64,000 nucleotides of DNA from Octopus bimaculoides. Lineage: Eukaryota. Positions 61,366-64,000 of the stretch are shown one piece after another (position 1 is the first letter of the stretch; each line of letters opens with the position of its first letter). The stretch is taken from assembly GCF_001194135.2 (NCBI RefSeq), contig NC_068994.1:3187135-3251134 (forward strand). Reading direction: 5' to 3'. The notes beneath the pieces were generated by a model, which searched no databases, had not been told where the DNA came from, and saw only the letters and a list, made by a program, of their open reading frames with translations. The position numbers and the translations under genes were made by a program.

Positions 61366-62075
61366 ATGCCACGTACAAAAGAAGCCTTGGAACTGTCCAA
61401 ATTTCAAAGAGGTCGCATTGTAGGTCAATCTGAAGGTGGACTTAGCGTAAAATCACAGAAAACCTTGGGACCCCACTTTCTACAGTTAATAGGGTGATTG
61501 TGCAATTCACCAGAGAGGGGAAGGTGTCCACATCACCTCACCCAGGTTGATCAGAGCCCTCTGACAGGACTCTTTGTTTTGTTAAGAGGATAATCCTCAT
61601 TGCAAGGCCTCTGACGTAGCAGAACAAGTTGATGTCAGTCTGAGAACAGCTGCCAGGTATCTCTGCAAAATTGGCTACTATGGCAGAACAGCAAGAAGGA
61701 AGCCACCTCTTCAACCAGCCAATATCAAGTGGAGAAAAGATTGAGTCAGTGAGATGGTGGAGAGGTCACTAGCATTTTGGGACACTATCATATTTTCTGA
61801 TGAGTCCAGGTTTGCTTTATTTTCTGACAGTGGTCGAGCGTGGGTCTGGAGACACAGTGATCAAGAATTTGACATGAAAAGATTATTGCCAACAATGATA
61901 CAAGGCAGCTATTCTGTGACGGTCTGGGGAGCAGTTTAGAGCAGTTGTTGATCAGAGCTGGTGAAGCGTGAGGAAAACACAAACTTAGATAAATATGTGT
62001 CCATATCACAGAAAGGACTCCTTCCAATTTTCTCCAATGGTAAAATGATTAAAGAAGACTCTTTATTTAAGGTCA
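61366..62075 (+). pseudogene. Tc1-like transposase remnant (HTH plus N-terminal DDE part)
   Basis: [35 protein letters not shown] and WDTIIFSDESRFALFSDSGRAWVWR..SVTVWGAV*. It is truncated. Confidence 0.85.
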
Positions 62076-62127
62076 GAAGCCATAAGAGCCATTGCCTGGG
62101 ACTGCATTAAGGAATTATTATTATTAT

Positions 62128-63010
62128 ATGGTAAGCTGGCAGAATCATTAGCACGCTGGACGAAATGCTTAGCGGTATTTTGCCCGTCACTCCGATCTGA
62201 GTTCAAATTCCGCTGAGGTTGACTTTGCCGTATATCCTTTCGGGGTTGATAAAATAATTACCAGTTGAACACTGGGGTCGATGTAATCGACACATCCCCT
62301 CCCCCAAAACTGCTGCCCTTGAGGCAAAATTTGAAACCATTCTTATTATTATTTGGCAGCAAACTGGCAGAATTGTTAGCACGCCGGGCAAAAGGCTTCC
62401 TGGCATTTCACCTGACTTTATGTTCGTTCAAATGCCACTGGGGTCAATTTTGCCTTGCATCCTTTCAGGGTCAATAAAATAAGTACTAGTTGAAAACTGG
62501 GGTCAATGTAATCAACATAACCCCTCCCTGCAAATTTCATGCCATGTGCCATTAGTAGAAAGCTGGCAGAGTCATTAGCACGCTGGACAAAATTCTTAGC
62601 AGTATTTCATCCATCTTTACATTCTGAGTTCAGATTCCACCAAGGTTAACTTTGCTTCTCATCCTTTCAGGGTTGATAAAATAAAAACCAGTCAAGCACT
62701 GGGGGGAGGGAGAGGGTGAAGTGAGTAATTAACCTCCTCCCTCGAAATTGACGGTGTTGTGCCAAAATTTGAAACCCTTATTATTAAGGCGGTGAGGTGG
62801 CAGGGTCGTTAGCATGTCAGGTGAAATGCTTAGCGGCATTTCATCATCTTTACATTCTGAGTTCAAATTCTGCTGAGGTTCACTTTGTCTTTCATCCTTT
62901 TGGGGTCAATAAATCAAGTACCAGTGAAACATTGAGGTCAATGTAATCAGCTATCCCCCTCTCCTCAAATTCCAAGCCTTGTGCTTTCAGCAGAAATATT
63001 ATCATCATCA
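62128..63010 (+). mobile_element. Four head-to-tail SINE family A copies
   Basis: Units at about 62128-62352, 62354-62560, 62561-62784 and 62785-63010, each starting with (g)ctggcag or gtggcag and carrying a B-box-like gttcaaattc. Confidence 0.85.
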
Positions 63011-63699
63011 TCATAATAACAGAGTGACTTTGACCTCATATTTCCAACTATAACAAGTTAGTCTGACAAGCCATCACAGTTGAAACTTAGAAGTCCCAAT
63101 CACTCTGCATTTTTGGTATAACGAAACATTTGAACTTCAACATGCACATCGAATCCTATCTTCAGTGAATTTTACTTGCGGCTTCAATTTACCTTTAAAA
63201 TACCAATCATACTAATATCGAAAATGTGTGTGTGTGTGTGTGTGTGGATGGTGGGGGAGGGGAGAGTCAGAAAGCTTGTGCACAAATACGACACACATAC
63301 ACATACATTCACGAGGCAGACACACCAAGATAGAAATACACATTTAAGTGCACAGATAAAGCACTTGAGTGTGTATATGTGTGTGTGTGCTTACGTGTGT
63401 AAAGACACAGCGACCAGTGTATATACGTTCAGACAGAGACCACTAACGACGGCCGACTGACCAAACATGCAGTTGTATAAATCTACATATTATGCATATA
63501 ATAGACACATAGGCACGCGGAGAGAAATATACATCCGCGGTGCACGCTGTACAAATACATATTAAGATAAAAAGAAAGACAGGAAGACGGACAGAAAGAA
63601 AGAATGGACGAGTAGGAATTAAATATCCAGACAACCATCTGTCGCATGTAGCCATATATATCGGCAGCATATTTAAACACACACACACATCATCAATAT

Positions 63700-64000
63700 A
63701 TATATATATATATATACACAGAGACATATCAATATATACACACACACGTCAATATATATATACACACAGACATACCAATATATATATACACATACACACA
63801 CACACATCAATATATATACACATACACACACATCAATATATATACACATACACACACATCAATATATACATACACACACACACATCAATATATTTATACA
63901 CATACATATCAATATATATATACACACATATCAATATATGTACACACACATATCAATATATATACACACACATACATCAATATACACACACACACACATC
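63700..64000 (+). repeat. Tandem catcaatatata(ta)cacac-type minisatellite
   Basis: About 12 units of 22-28 nt, running off the window end. Confidence 0.85.

Noticed and set aside
62128-62340. tRNA genes in SINE heads
   Set aside because: A/B-box-like motifs are present, but there is no cloverleaf and they continue into SINE bodies with tails and, in several copies, TSDs.

Overview
AT-rich, microsatellite-laden animal genomic DNA with eight N-gaps. The repeat families and zinc-finger style point to an octopus or other coleoid cephalopod (inference, not verified). It holds three C2H2 zinc-finger genes, each with an uninterrupted CDS: ZF-A (3001-4308, +, 3 fingers), ZF-B (17997-20171, -, 11 fingers) and ZF-C (53794-56880, -, 15 fingers). 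The rest is mostly SINEs, RTE, RLE and CR1/L2-type LINE remnants, Tc1/mariner/maT, hAT and piggyBac-like fragments, and simple repeats. Four observations stand out. (1) The N-terminal third of ZF-C, and the N-termini of ZF-B and ZF-A, are vestigial zinc fingers; in ZF-C the second Cys is repeatedly replaced by Tyr at roughly finger periodicity. (2) ZF-B and ZF-C share a terminal K-x-[VI]-x-E-[YF]-x2-[LV]-x3-L-W-x-T-I motif, an internal LSLND..SPxHM..SH motif and a conserved splice-acceptor/5'UTR block. (3) Three loci carry inverted pairs of a type-I hammerhead-ribozyme-like motif typical of Penelope-like elements, all with damaged cores (mostly at CpG sites), and a second minimal hammerhead-like motif lies next to one of them. 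(4) Several long hairpins and inverted repeats could be ADAR substrates. All alignments were done by eye; no searches were run.
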